A DNA stretch of 64,000 bases from Blepharisma stoltei ATCC 30299 (GCA_965603825.1 CBFDEM010000055.1:186001-250000), one strand, 5' to 3'; shown: positions 23,653 to 35,856, counted from the first letter of the stretch. A program made the numbers and translations. Notes: generated by a model from the letters alone, not told the origin.

Positions 23653-25896
23653 TTAAAGGATCATAATCTTATGATTATCTAGTCCCCCCTCGACAAGGGT
23701 GTCATGGACAAATCGATCAAATCCAGAAGGCCCACAGATCCAAGCAAGGTCTATTTCGTCATCTATAAGAGATTTGATTATAACTGGTGCTTGAGACTTC
23801 TCGGTGCTAGAGGTCTTGTAGAAAACTTTTAAGACTTTTTCTCCAACCAGCTCAGAGGTAGCTTTAAATAAGTCGTGAGCGAACGCTACTTCTTCATTTT
23901 TAAAAGCGATATAAATTTTTAATGAAAAATGATTCACTCTTTGTGTATTGGACGAAGCTGGAGCAAAATAGTCTTGATTTGTTATGGCGTCTTTTCATAT
24001 ATAATAAACTAAATCTAAAAACGGAATTATTCCAGTGCCCCCTGCAAATGCTAAATAGTGTCCTTTTAATTGAGATAAACATAATCCAGTGCCTAATGGC
24101 CCTTTTAATATAATTTGGCTACCTATGTTTTGACTATACATAAACTGGGACATTTTTCCTTTTTCATATAACTTTATTACAAACTGTATACTCCCAGGCT
24201 TTGTTTTTGGGTAGCTTTTTGTAGTAAACCCTTTTTCATTTGCTTCTTGAGCCCAGTCACTGAAGCTACAAAATATAGCACTATAATATTTAAATATTTC
24301 TTCTCCTTTATGTAGCCCTGTAACCCTAAAATGCTTTCCGATATTTGACAGAGATTGACAAACGGTATTCATTTTATAATAATCAGAACTAAGCTCTAAT
24401 AAATACATTCCTTGTGAGACCAATTCTTTTTGAGTGACTGTCCATTTCATGTATTCTTGGCTTTCATTTTGTGAGGATTTTGAGGTTAGTAAGAAGTTTT
24501 GAGGGTATGGAATTTCAGCGATAGCAAGAGATCGGGCAATAGTAAGTGCATGTCTTGAGTGCTTGTATGGCATCATTCAGCCATCAAAGCTGGTGCAACC
24601 AGCTATAAACTTACCGGCATCTTGACCTATTGAAGCTGTTAATAAATAGGAACCAGCTGGATGGGAGGATTTAAATTTTTTTATATCAATGACAAATTCA
24701 TCGATAAACATAAGTTCTTGCTTATCTTCTTTTATTAGTTTTATTGCTTCTTGATGTGTCATGACTGGAAGATTCCATTTCGGCTGCGCAAAAATCTTAA
24801 AATAATGGCTAAACTGGTATCTGAATTCAAACATAAGATATCCAAACACAATAACAGAAATCATTGCCCAGTAGGGAAATAGTATCATATCATCATAAAG
24901 CTCCCAGCCATAATGGCAATTGATAAGTCCTACCATAAGCATTGAATATCCAACGACCCTATGGACCCTTCTTGCTTGCCTTGTCATTCCAAAATTCTTA
25001 GTATAGTTTTGAAAAAATCTCAATAAAACCCCAGTCAAGCCTTGCACGACTACTAAAGAAGCTAATGAAAAGCCTAGCCTTGAGTGAAATCTGTTTATTT
25101 TATCATAAGTTGTAAAGGCTTGTTCATGGAATTTAAATGCTTCAGCTGATGCAATTAAGGTCGCGAATACTGTGCTTCCTGCTAATATTAAATGCACATA
25201 ATACCACCACCAATATTGCTTACAGTATCGGGCTACTAAAACGGCTAAAGGTAGAGAAACGACCCAAAAAAAGGAAACTGTAAACCCATGATGTTCCATA
25301 TTATGTGTTGTATGTGACAGCGGAGATTGTTTGAAGCCATCTTGGGCTACTGAAAATGTTAATTTCGTACATTCTATATAAAAAATACCAAAGTAATCAG
25401 GCTGAACATATTCGGAATCTTCAAATCGATAAGCAAAATTAGTTTCATATGTAATTCCTGGATATAAAACTGCATCAAATTTATCGCCTGTATTTTGTTT
25501 TCTTTTGAAAGTCACATCAATTATCCCGCTGGAACGGACAGACGTGTTATTTGTGGTAGGAATGAAACCTCCACTTACATAGACCAAGTCATTTTTACCT
25601 CCAAGGTCTTCATCATTAGGAGGAGTTAAGTGGGTTCCTGAATATTGATCTCATAGTTCAAGTGGATTTTGGTTGTCTGCTCGTATTATTATGTAATCAC
25701 AGCCAAACATAGTTCTTGCAAAGCCTATCCCACACCAACCAGCTGCGCACTAAATAAAATTTACTTGAAAGTTCATATAAACTTCATCGTCAATGAATTC
25801 CCAGCTCATATTCATGTACTTGCTGAGCATCACGCTAACTGGTTTTGAATTCACAAAAGCCACAAGTAGAAAGAAAGCTAACCATAATTGCTTCAT
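23653..25896 (-). CDS. Signal peptide-DOMON-cytochrome b561-cytochrome b5-FAD/NAD(P)H reductase fusion (~742 aa); intron at 25750-25764
   Basis: GWCGIGFARTMFGCD (DOMON); four b561 His (HHG, YVHL, FHSRLG, VHRVVG); HPAG...KHS (b5); KYYS, GKMS, GPLG, AGGTGIIP, CGP (FNR/b5R type). Confidence 0.9.
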
Positions 25897-25984
25897 ATTT
25901 ATTGATTTATTCGACAAACTTAAAAAATTTGAAGCTGAATCTTCATTAATTTTTTATGCTGATTTCTCTAGAGAAAATTATAAT

Positions 25985-26449
25985 ATGTCTGTGTTTGTGA
26001 CAGTTGGAACAACAAAATTTGAAGAATTAATTAAAGCAATTGATACTGATGAGGTGCTGGAGGCTCTTAGGGACCAAGGATTAACAAAGGTTTTATGCCA
26101 GATCGGGAATGGTGAGTTTACTCCTGAAAGTGAGTTCTTTAGATTTTCCCCATCTCTTGATGAATTCATGGAAAACGCTGATTTAATTATTAGCCATGCT
26201 GGCGCTGGGAGTATTTTGGAAGCTCTAAGAAAGAATAAAAAGCTAATTGTTGTGGTCAATCAAAAGCTAATGGATAATCACCAATTGGAAATAGCGAAAG
26301 AATTAAGTGACAGAAATCATTTGATTATGTGCGAAAATCCTGATGAGCTTAGCTCAGCTGTAAGAAAACTGGAAACAGCTGAAATTAAACCACTCCCGCC
26401 TTCGAACACTCAGGAACTTATGCAGGAAATTGTGGATTTATTAAATTAG
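25985..26449 (+). CDS. ALG13: UDP-GlcNAc transferase subunit ALG13
   Basis: VFVTVGTTKF, IISHAGAGSILE, VVNQKLMDNHQLEIA; true ATG at 25985. Confidence 0.95.
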   Translation: MSVFVTVGTTKFEELIKAIDTDEVLEALRDQGLTKVLCQIGNGEFTPESEFFRFSPSLDEFMENADLIISHAGAGSILEALRKNKKLIVVVNQKLMDNHQLEIAKELSDRNHLIMCENPDELSSAVRKLETAEIKPLPPSNTQELMQEIVDLLN

Positions 26450-27123
26450 CTTTATTGCAATAATTATTTAAGAAATTTCAATTTAATTTTCAATCAAGAC
26501 TTATGGTCGGGAGCTATTAGAGTGTCAGCCCCATTTAGTAATTAGGCTTCCAAAAATATATTTCCTTTGTTTTGCAAGATATTGATTTTTTTCAATGCTT
26601 ACATACTTTCAAGCTTCTTATACAGAAAAATTCTTAAGCTGGCTGAAATAAATTATTTAGCTAGTAAGTAGTGCCTAATATGGAGCTTAGGATCTTTAGA
26701 TAGGCAGAGTTTTCTGATCTTTATCCTTCAAAATTCAGGCCAGCATCATATTTATTATAAATTAATAAAAGGTATACATCTAAATTCTACTTATTTCTAC
26801 TCTTTTCCAATTTTTTATAAACTTCAATTTATAATTGGCTTCTGCAGAATTGAGGTAATTTTATCGTGGATAATTGAATTTTAAAAGATAGAATCTTGTA
26901 TAAAGATAACTAGATTATGCAAAATCTGATGGATGATTTTAAAAGAAAGAGTATTATGTTAAACTCTAAAATAAAAAAAAAAAACTCACCCCTGGAAACC
27001 CTTTCTTCAAAAAAGCCTTTCAATTTCAATAATCGACCAATTTTCTAAGAATAATCGATTATTTACAGTATATAAAATATACAATCATTACACTTTTCTC
27101 AAATTGATAAATTTACTTTCTTT

Positions 27124-27972
27124 TTACATCACACCTTCACTCATCAAATATCTAAATTCATTGAAGCTGATTTTATCTTTTTGGTAACCTCTCATAGCAT
27201 TGGCTTTCTTCATCAGCATTTCTACCCACATTTCTAGTTGAGATCTTGCTCTTCTATCAGCCATATCTAGCACCCTAAATAAACTATCTCTTCCTAATCC
27301 ATTTCCTGCTTCATGCTCCACAAATCTAAAGTAAACTAAATATTTCTTACATAGTAGTCTTTCAAATTTATAAGATTTTTTTTTTGCTTTATCATTCGGT
27401 CTTAACAAACTCAAATGAAAAAGCCCAAAAGCTGAAATTTTGTTAGCGCCTTCTATTGATTTTGTAAAGTCATCAAGAGTAATTCATTCTTTGGAGATGA
27501 GGGGATGAAGCAGCAAATTCATAAAAGTTTGGTCAGAGACACAACAATCTAAAAAGAACTGCTTAATTGCGGTTTTATGAATTTCTGGTCCATCGTCAGA
27601 AAGTTGAATTCATGAGGTGCCCATGTACTTTTCGACTAAAGAAGAGAAAACAGTGTCTATTGTATAATACTGATCTATAGAATAGACTGAAACTTTTGGA
27701 CTTCTTTTGACTATTGATGAAGCTCGAGAGCGGCTAGGTCCAGAGTAGTGCTGTCTTGTCTCGTAAGGTTGAGAAATAGAACCTTCTGAGTCTGTAGAGA
27801 GGCATTCAAGATTGGAGGAACTCGAGCTCTTGTTAAGCCTTTTTTCTTGATGTGGAATATATAATTCATTCGCCAGCAAATTCCTTTTTATGCTCGAATA
27901 TTTGCTAATGAGAAAACTCAAAGCATTTAAAATCTCAGTATCTTCTTGAGCTAGATGCGAATCCAGGTTCAT
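27124..27972 (-). CDS. Hypothetical protein (282 aa) with degenerate EF-hand-like C-terminus
   Basis: Single frame via TGA; KDKISFNEFRYLM. Confidence 0.7.
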
Positions 27973-28712
27973 ATTCAGGTTTATAATCTCTTGAGGACTA
28001 ATTATTATATATAAGCATACCAGTCATGTTGGTGATTTTAGATTAATGGATGGGATATTTTTTAAATATTCAGAAAATTATTTGAATCTTAGCAATTGAG
28101 ACAGAAGAGGTTTTGACATCAGATAATTATTGTTGGGGCTTCATAAGAATTTAATTTAGTTTTAGAAATGAAAATTAAATTATTATTAGAAACGGTAACT
28201 TATTAAGATATGAATATTGAATAAAATTATTTAGAGCTCTGAAATAAATGTCCTTATAAAAAATGAATAGAATAAAGATTTTGCTGTATTGCAACGCAAT
28301 TATAATATTTTTATTATTATAAGACTATTTCTAAATTAAAATAATTGGAATTATTTGATTTTATTTTGTCTTAAACAATTTCTGAATGAGAAACATTGCT
28401 AAAGATTTCAAGTATAATATTTAAAAATTTTAATTATATACATAATCCATTGAACTAATTTTAAAATTAAAGCAAAAACTAAAACTTTGGAGACTATATC
28501 TTTTAGCCATTTTCATGGGTGTTTCATAAGTATTATTTTTTTAAAAAAGCATCTAAGTAGATGTAATTTAGAAATAATTTTTTTTGCAATTTTTTTAATA
28601 TTAAGCTTGTATTATCTAGCTCGATATTTTTAAAGTGTAGCTAAACAATTTTCAATTTATTAAGGCCTAAAAAACTTAGCAAAATATAATAAAATAACGT
28701 ATACAATATAAG

Positions 28713-30089
28713 ATGGAATGTTGCAATCCAGATTGCTCAAATTTATCTTCTGAAATCATTGTATGCCGGAATTGTTGTATGGCTAGATATTGCTCAGAAG
28801 CTTGCTTAAAATTAGACTGAGAGCTAAACCACTCAAAACACTGCCGGCCTCACATTTATACTTTAAATGATCTTCAAATTGTGTCAAATCCAAACTCTTA
28901 TAAGCTCGGTCGAGGGTCTTATGGAGAAGTCAGATTAATTACAACAATAAAGGGAGAAAAGCTTGCATTAAAATCAATTAGCAAAAGTTTAATTGAAACA
29001 AAAATTCCATTAAAAACTCTATACAGAGAAATATCAATTCACAGATCATTATGCCATAGAAATATCATTAAGCTGCATGATCATTTAGAAGATTCTTCCA
29101 ATGTTTATTTAGTCCTTGAATATGCTGAGCAAGGGAACTTATTTACTTTTATAAAAAGAAAAAGGAAATTAACTGAAATCGAAGCCTGGAATTTTTTCAC
29201 ACAAGTTTGCCTCGGAATTAATTATTTACATGAGCAAAAAGTTATTCATCGAGATATAAAGCCTGAAAATATTTTATTAGGCAATCATGATATAATAAAA
29301 ATTTGTGATTTTGGATGATGTGCGTTTGGAAGTGAAGAAAGATCAACTTTTTGTGGGACCCTTGACTATATGGCTCCAGAAGTCTTAAATTTAGACCATT
29401 ATTCTTATGAAGTAGACATATGGGCATTAGGAGTTCTTCTATATGAAATGCTGCACGGCCATGAACCTTTTAGAGCAAAAAGTGACAGAGCTAAATGCAA
29501 GCTGATCCTAGATAAAACATTTAATTTTGGTAGTGGGATTTCAGATGAAGCTAAGTCGCTGATTAGAAGCTTGTTAACTGATGCATATCTTAGACCTAAT
29601 ATAAAAGAGATCCTAAAGCATGAATGAATAAGAAAATATGCCCAGAATCCTGATTTTGAAGAAGCATATGTAGTTTCACATCCAGATTATGGGAATGGAG
29701 TAATTACAAATATCAGTGGGCTTATATGTGAAGTGGAGTTTGGGGATACTCGACAAGAATTTATAATAAATGATTTAATTGAAAAATGCACTTTTAAGGA
29801 ATTTAAAGATGAAGAAGACTATAGAAATTCTGCAAGTGGGATTGGTTTAGTCAAGCTTGATAGAGAAAGCATTGAAAATATTGAAGAAAATAAAGCAGAA
29901 TCTGAAGAAAAAAAGTATGATAATTTAGAAATTTCACAGTCAGCTTTGCAAGCAAAAATAAGAGAATTGAATCAGCTTAAAATAATTTTGGAATCACCTA
30001 TGCAAAATCCAGCTAAAAAGAAAAACCCAGTAAAGAAGGAAAGTGCTTTTGATAGTTTGTTATCTAGTTTCAGCTGCGTGAAAAGATAA
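28713..30089 (+). CDS. MYND zinc finger fused to an Aurora-like kinase (458 aa)
   Basis: CCNPDC..CRNC..YCSEAC..DW..H..HC; LGRGSYG, HRDIKPEN, DFGW, RSTFCGTLDYMAPE. Confidence 0.9.
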
Positions 30090-30344
30090 ATGTAAAATAA
30101 TTAAAATCTATTTTTGAGTGCAATAATTGATATGGAGATCAATAAATGAGTTCTGAAATTTATTTTCTAATGAAGTATAATAAATGAAAATTCCCATAAT
30201 TCTGGGAGTTAAATTGCCTAAAAAATTAGCCTGCTTACTTTTAAGGCCTGAATTGTTATTATCTTTATAAAAGAATGCCAAATTTCTCGACATTATTAAG
30301 ACGAATAAATTAAGCAAAAATATATTAAATAATATAAGTTGTAT

Positions 30345-31469
30345 ATGGGCTGTTCCTGTAGCAAAAACCAGCACGAAAGTAATATTGAAGCATTAAACCT
30401 AAGAATTAAAGAAGCCATTGAGCGTAACAACCCTCATTCACTTGAGCATCTAATTAAATCATCTGTAGATCAATCCAAGTCAATCACAGAATTCTCTCTT
30501 TTAAATGATCCAGTCACAACAGTTCAAGAAATAAAGCTAAACCCTCTAGGCTATGCCCTTTGACTTGGCCGTACCGAAGTTTTTAAATATTTGCATAAAA
30601 GACTAGGCGCTGATATAAATTTCATGGAAAAGCTTTTTAAGAACCATGGAATCACTTCAATTGACATAATTTGCCAACAAGGATATTTAGAAATTTTGAT
30701 TTATTATTTGCCAATTTACTTGGCAAACCACAAAGAGGCTTCTCCTCAAATTAGCACTGGGGAGAGCTTAACTGTTGATTTTGAAAGGGCTGCTTTTTCC
30801 GATGTGCCTATAAAATCTTCAGTTACTGCGGTTTTGAGTGCTTGTGATAAAGGATATATTAATATAATTGACTATTTGAATACTTATTTTCGGAATGCTG
30901 GCTATGTGCCGTATTATTTGGATATTGATTACCAGGATGAACATCAAGGGGAAAATTGTGCAATGATTGCATGCAGAAATGGAAATTATCCAATGATAAA
31001 ATTTTTATATGAAACTTGCCATGCTAATTTTCAAGCGAAAAATAAAAGAAATGAAAGTGTCATACAAATAACTGCAGCTGGAAGCCGAAAAAATATGCAC
31101 AGGGATTATCATGAAATTTTTGTTTATTTAATTGAAAAAGTAGGTTGCGATGCCACTTATAATTACGAAGAGACCTTACTTTTATTAGAAAGTAGAGCCA
31201 CCATCAGGTATATAGAAAAAATTCTTGGTGATAAAGGTATTTATATTCAAAAGTCTGATTTAGAAATATCTAATAAAATCAGACGATCTCAATCCCGAAG
31301 GCTTAATGGTGAAGAACTAAAAGCTGAAGAAGCGCTAACCAAGGATTTTAATATTTCCAAAATGATAGAAGACGACAAAAATGACCCAAAAAGCATTTTA
31401 AGTTCGATAAGTCTTAATGATTCAAAGCTTGAGACCCCATTTGTAAGTGTAATTGACGGAGTGAGTTAG
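30345..31469 (+). CDS. Ankyrin-repeat-like protein with myristoylation/palmitoylation-type N-terminus
   Basis: MGCSCSK; GENCAMIACRNGNYPMIKFL, LSACDKGYINII; TGA 30561 read as Trp. Confidence 0.82.
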
Positions 31470-31531
31470 TCCGCATGATTAAATTACGTTTAATTTTATT
31501 CCAAAAAATATTTTTTCTAATTTAATTAAAG

Positions 31532-31666
31532 CTATTCACTCCTATGCCAATAGTAAGCGAAGGTTCCCATGGAAACTAAAACAGAGAGTCTGGCAATCCT
31601 CCATGGCAGTCTTCGCTTGAAGTAGTATCGTTTCCAAAACCAGTTCCTTCTTGTAGTCCTAAACAT
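31532..31666 (-). CDS. 44-aa microprotein, probably mitochondrial single-pass
   Basis: MFRTTRRNWFWKRYYFKRRLPWRIARLSVLVSMGTFAYYWHRSE*; raised GC inside an AT-rich gap; AAAT-ATG context; all four Trp codons are TGG. Confidence 0.7.
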   Translation of the reverse strand: MFRTTRRNWFWKRYYFKRRLPWRIARLSVLVSMGTFAYYWHRSE

Positions 31667-31775
31667 ATTTATTATTAGATTTTTATTATATTTGATGAGG
31701 CTGAAGATTTTAATTTATAAAGAGGCGCTGATAATTATAGGCAAAATTCTAAGACCTTTAATTGATTAACTAAAC

Positions 31776-32834
31776 TTATCATGGCTTAGCTTGGCCTCTA
31801 TTATATCTCTGCTCCTGCTTTGAGTCTTTTGCCAAGTTGTTGCATTGCAACCCAAGAATGCTTTTTAAGTCATTCGTAGCAGAGATATCTGTAACTTTTT
31901 TAACTGCAGGTGCTTCTTGGACATTTCTTCCCCAGATAGGAGTTTGCAGCTTTTCAATTTCATCGATTGTTTTTGCTGTGGCTGGAACTTTTATTGGTGA
32001 TTTAGGAGGGACTTTAGAACTGTATCTATTCATTGGCATAAAAGGATTATTATCACCTTGTGATATTTTTAAATCTTGAGGAAAACAGCCACGAGCTGCC
32101 CAATTAAACATCTCAACAGAGCTAAATGGGCCTTGCGTCCTGTTTTCTAGATCTTTATAATACCAAATTTTTTCAAAGGGCTTCGACATAGGCACACAAT
32201 AAACATTTTTGTCTTCTCCAATTTTCGCAAACTCTTCTACGATTTTTGCAAAAGGATTTCCAGCTGTTAAGTGGTAATTTAGCGTAGCAGAGTCACATAT
32301 AAGAAAAGGTTTTACGCCAGGCTTTGGCTCTTCTATTATTACAGCTGGAGCTTCTTCTTCAGGATCGTCCCATTCAGGCATTGTTTCGTCTTCAATTAGT
32401 TCATTTTTTAGCTTTTTTTCGACTTCAGAGTCGATTTTTGAAAAAATTTCTTCTTCGAGGTCGAGGTTTTCGATAGCTTTTTCGACAGATTTGGTATCAT
32501 TGGAATTTGCTGATGGTTCAGGGTCTTCATTATACCACTCAGGAACTTGCTCGACTCTTTTTTCTCATGGGACAGGTTTTCGACTATTTGGGTCTTCTAA
32601 AATTGGATGATAAAAAGAAGTCTTGGCATCCTGCAAAGGCGGCAGACAAATGACTGAAAATAAAGGGATAAGCTCTTCTGTCAACGAAACAGAAAGAGTC
32701 TGGTCACTATAGCTTTGAAATATTTCTTCTCGGGTGTATTTATGTGTAGCAGGGTTTACACATTGCTTGCTTCTCCATGCACCTTCTTTGCTATAATTTG
32801 GTGCAAATTTACGATAACTTAGTTCTTCTGAAAT
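31776..32834 (-). CDS. GYF-domain protein (GIGYF/Smy2-like); start codon uncertain (candidate ATT at 32834; first ATG at 32381)
   Basis: WYYKDLENRTQGPFSSVEMFNWAARGCF (GYF), KYTREEI, two PEW motifs; ends TGA TAA. Confidence 0.8.
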
Positions 32835-33004
32835 TTTATTAAATATTGTTAATGAATTTGGAAGCAATTATATGTGGAAAATATGAAAGAAAAAGAAAAT
32901 AAGCAAAATAAATTAAAATGTGACTGGAAATTAAGGAATAAATACAGAAAGTTTAAAGTAAATAGTTTTTCAATAGTCTGTTTTATTATTCTTAATTCAC
33001 AATA

Positions 33005-34060
33005 ATGGCCAGCGAAAAGAAATCAAGAATTTCCCCTTCCAAATTGTCTCAGGACAAGTTTAAAATAGAACTGCCTAGATTTATATCTGAAATGGAGTTG
33101 GAGGATATAATAGGCCAGCCTCCAAGCATGAAATCAGAAATGAATCACCAGCTGACACCTACTATCAGGAGCTCAAGCTTAGCTGAAATTTGTAGGAGAT
33201 CTAAAACCCCTTCTTCAAGTAGTGAAAATAAAGGTGTTAGAAGCTTATTCAGAAGACGAGATATGCCAAAATATATCAATATCTTGCCGAATAGCATAAA
33301 CCCAAGGAAAGGTAGTATGGATACCTCGGCGTCTCATCATGGAAAAGATTTGGCCACAAAATTTAGTCAAGCAAAACAAAAAAACGAAGAAATGGAAAGC
33401 TTGATAAGGCTGATGGAAACTAGGCATCGCTTTGAGATGGATAATGCCAAGAAAAGATATGATAAATTAGCAATGGCTAATAAAAAATTAAGTGACGATA
33501 AAGACGAATTAGAAGCCAGACTAAATGAAGAAATTTTAAAATTAAGAAGGCAAAACGAAGAAAACCTTGAAAAACTCAACGAATTTTTTAAATGCAACAA
33601 GGATCTGATAGAGAGTTTAATGATAGAAAAAAATGAGAATGTCTTGTTTTTGAAAGATTCAAATTCTATCATTACTGATGAGATTTCAGAAGATATCCAA
33701 AAATATAACAAGAAAATTGAAGAAATTTGCAAAGTATATCCAAAAATTGGCAGGGAAAGCAATATAATCCATATAAAAAATTTTAGAAGAACACCATCAA
33801 CAGGAGAAACTGATCATGCCCTAATAAAGACTATCACATTTAGAAAGGAAACAAGTGCTTTTAACTCCCCATCAGAAACTTTTGTGTCAAGCCAAGCCAC
33901 GGCATTATTTAACTTCACAGCAAAAGAGCCAGATGAGCTTGGCTTCAATAAGCATGATCGCATTACAATAATTTCTCAAAACGATGACGGCTGATGGATC
34001 GGAAAAATTGGAGAAAACATTGGCAAATTCCCATGCAGTTTTGTATTATTAGATTCTTAA
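33005..34060 (+). CDS. Coiled-coil protein with C-terminal SH3 domain
   Basis: ALFNFTAKEPDELGF..DDG-W(TGA)-WIG..GKFPCSFV. Confidence 0.9.
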
Positions 34061-34092
34061 ATTAATTCAACATATATTATGGTAAAAATAAT

Positions 34093-35289
34093 ATGGCAAG
34101 GCCAGCAGTAAATCTTCCAGAGAATCATTTCTTGTTTACATCTGAGAGTGTCAATGAAGGACACCCAGACAAACTTTGCGATTTAATTTCTGATTCTGTG
34201 GTTGACGCATGCTTGGCTCAAGATCCCAGCTCCAAAGTAGCCTGCGAGTCTACAGCAAAGACCAATCTTCTTATGATATTAGGTGAAATCACTACTGGTG
34301 CTACCATTAATTATGAACAAGTTATTCGTGATACTGCCAGAGAAGTCGGGTATACTTCAAACGAAATCGGTCTTGCTGCCGACACTTGCAATGTGATGGT
34401 CAATATTGAATGTCAAAGCCCAGACATCGCTCAAGCTGTCCACTTAAACAAAGCTCCCGAGGAAATCGGAGCAGGAGATCAAGGCCATATGTTCGGCTAC
34501 GCCACAAATGAGACTCCAGAGTGCATGCCTCTTACCCACTTGCTAGCCACCAAATTAGGTCGAAGACTAGCTGAAGTCAGAAAAACTGGAGTCCTCAGAT
34601 GGGCTAGGCCTGACGCAAAGACACAAGTTACTGTTGAATATAGAAAAGAAGGAGGGAAGGTCATTCCTATTAGAGTCCATACCATTGTGATCTCAACCCA
34701 GCACGATCCTGATGTTTCTAACGAACAAATTAGAGCTGATTTGATGGAGCATGTCATTAGAGTTGTCGTTCCAGCTGAGTATTTGGATGATAAAACCATT
34801 TACCACTTAAATCCTAGTGGAAGATTTATCATTGGAGGACCTCATGGTGATGCTGGCTTAACAGGCAGAAAAATCATTATTGATACCTATGGAGGCTGGG
34901 GTGCACACGGAGGTGGCGCATTTTCTGGAAAAGACCCTTCAAAAGTCGACAGGTCAGCTGCATATGCAATGAGGTGGGTTGCTAAAAGTTTAGTAAAGGC
35001 TGATCTCTGTGATAGATGCTTGGTTCAAGTTTCCTATGCAATTGGTGTTGCTCAACCATTATCAGTTTACGTTGATTCATATGGCACTGTCAAGAATGGA
35101 AGAACTGATAGAGATTTGTTGCACATCGTCCTTAGAAACTTTGACTTAAGACCAGGCTGCATCATCAGAGATCTTAACCTTCTAAGACCAATCTACAAAA
35201 AGACAGCAGCTTACGGGCACTTTGGAAGAGAAGATGACCCTGATTTTACTTGGGAAACATCTAAAGATCTCACACATGAGCTTAACTAA
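34093..35289 (+). CDS. MAT: S-adenosylmethionine synthetase
   Basis: [28 protein letters not shown]. Confidence 0.98.
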   Translation: MARPAVNLPENHFLFTSESVNEGHPDKLCDLISDSVVDACLAQDPSSKVACESTAKTNLLMILGEITTGATINYEQVIRDTAREVGYTSNEIGLAADTCNVMVNIECQSPDIAQAVHLNKAPEEIGAGDQGHMFGYATNETPECMPLTHLLATKLGRRLAEVRKTGVLRWARPDAKTQVTVEYRKEGGKVIPIRVHTIVISTQHDPDVSNEQIRADLMEHVIRVVVPAEYLDDKTIYHLNPSGRFIIGGPHGDAGLTGRKIIIDTYGGWGAHGGGAFSGKDPSKVDRSAAYAMRWVAKSLVKADLCDRCLVQVSYAIGVAQPLSVYVDSYGTVKNGRTDRDLLHIVLRNFDLRPGCIIRDLNLLRPIYKKTAAYGHFGREDDPDFTWETSKDLTHELN

Positions 35290-35427
35290 TAGAAAACCTT
35301 CTCGATTTTATTCTTAGCCTAATAACTTTAGTTATTTTAAAATAAGCATTTAAATCAAATCTCGAATAAGATTACTTCTATATTGTTTCTTATATAAAAA
35401 ACTAAAATTAATCAGCTAATATAAAAT

Positions 35428-35856
35428 ATGCATATATACGTGAGGTCCTTAGAGAGTCTCCGATGCTATGAGTTTTCGGAGGAAGCACGAGTAGAAGAAG
35501 TGATGGAGCAAAGCAACTGCGATAATTTACAATGGGGTGGCCGTGCTCTAAGACCTGAATTTACACTCGCAGATTATGGCATTATGAGTGAATGCACTTT
35601 AGAAGCCCTTTTAGCAATTGAAGGAGGCAAGAGGAAAAAGAAGAAAAAAGTTTACACGACCCCTAAGAAAAAAGCACACAAGAAAAAGAAAGTCAAACTT
35701 GCAGTTCTCAATATTTACAAAGTTGATAAAAGCGAAAAGGTTACAAGAACTAAACGTGCATGCGAAAAATGTGGAGCAGGAACTTTTATGGCGAAACACT
35801 TCAATAGACACTACTGTGGAACTTGCCACGCTACCCAACTTTTCTCACAAGCTTAA
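35428..35856 (+). CDS. RPS27A: 40S ribosomal protein eS31 (S27a) fused to a divergent ubiquitin-like domain
   Basis: [29 protein letters not shown]; C4 zinc finger CEKC..HYCGTC. Confidence 0.95.
   Translation: MHIYVRSLESLRCYEFSEEARVEEVMEQSNCDNLQWGGRALRPEFTLADYGIMSECTLEALLAIEGGKRKKKKKVYTTPKKKAHKKKKVKLAVLNIYKVDKSEKVTRTKRACEKCGAGTFMAKHFNRHYCGTCHATQLFSQA

Noticed and set aside
26450-27120. Longer intergenic stretch with an A-run, checked for ncRNA or retrocopy
   Set aside because: No tRNA/snRNA structure, ORF or TSD recognisable by eye
31690-31735. TGATGA...CTGA resembling a C/D-box snoRNA
   Set aside because: Only about 40 nt from box C to box D, no recognisable guide, and it lies in the microprotein's upstream region
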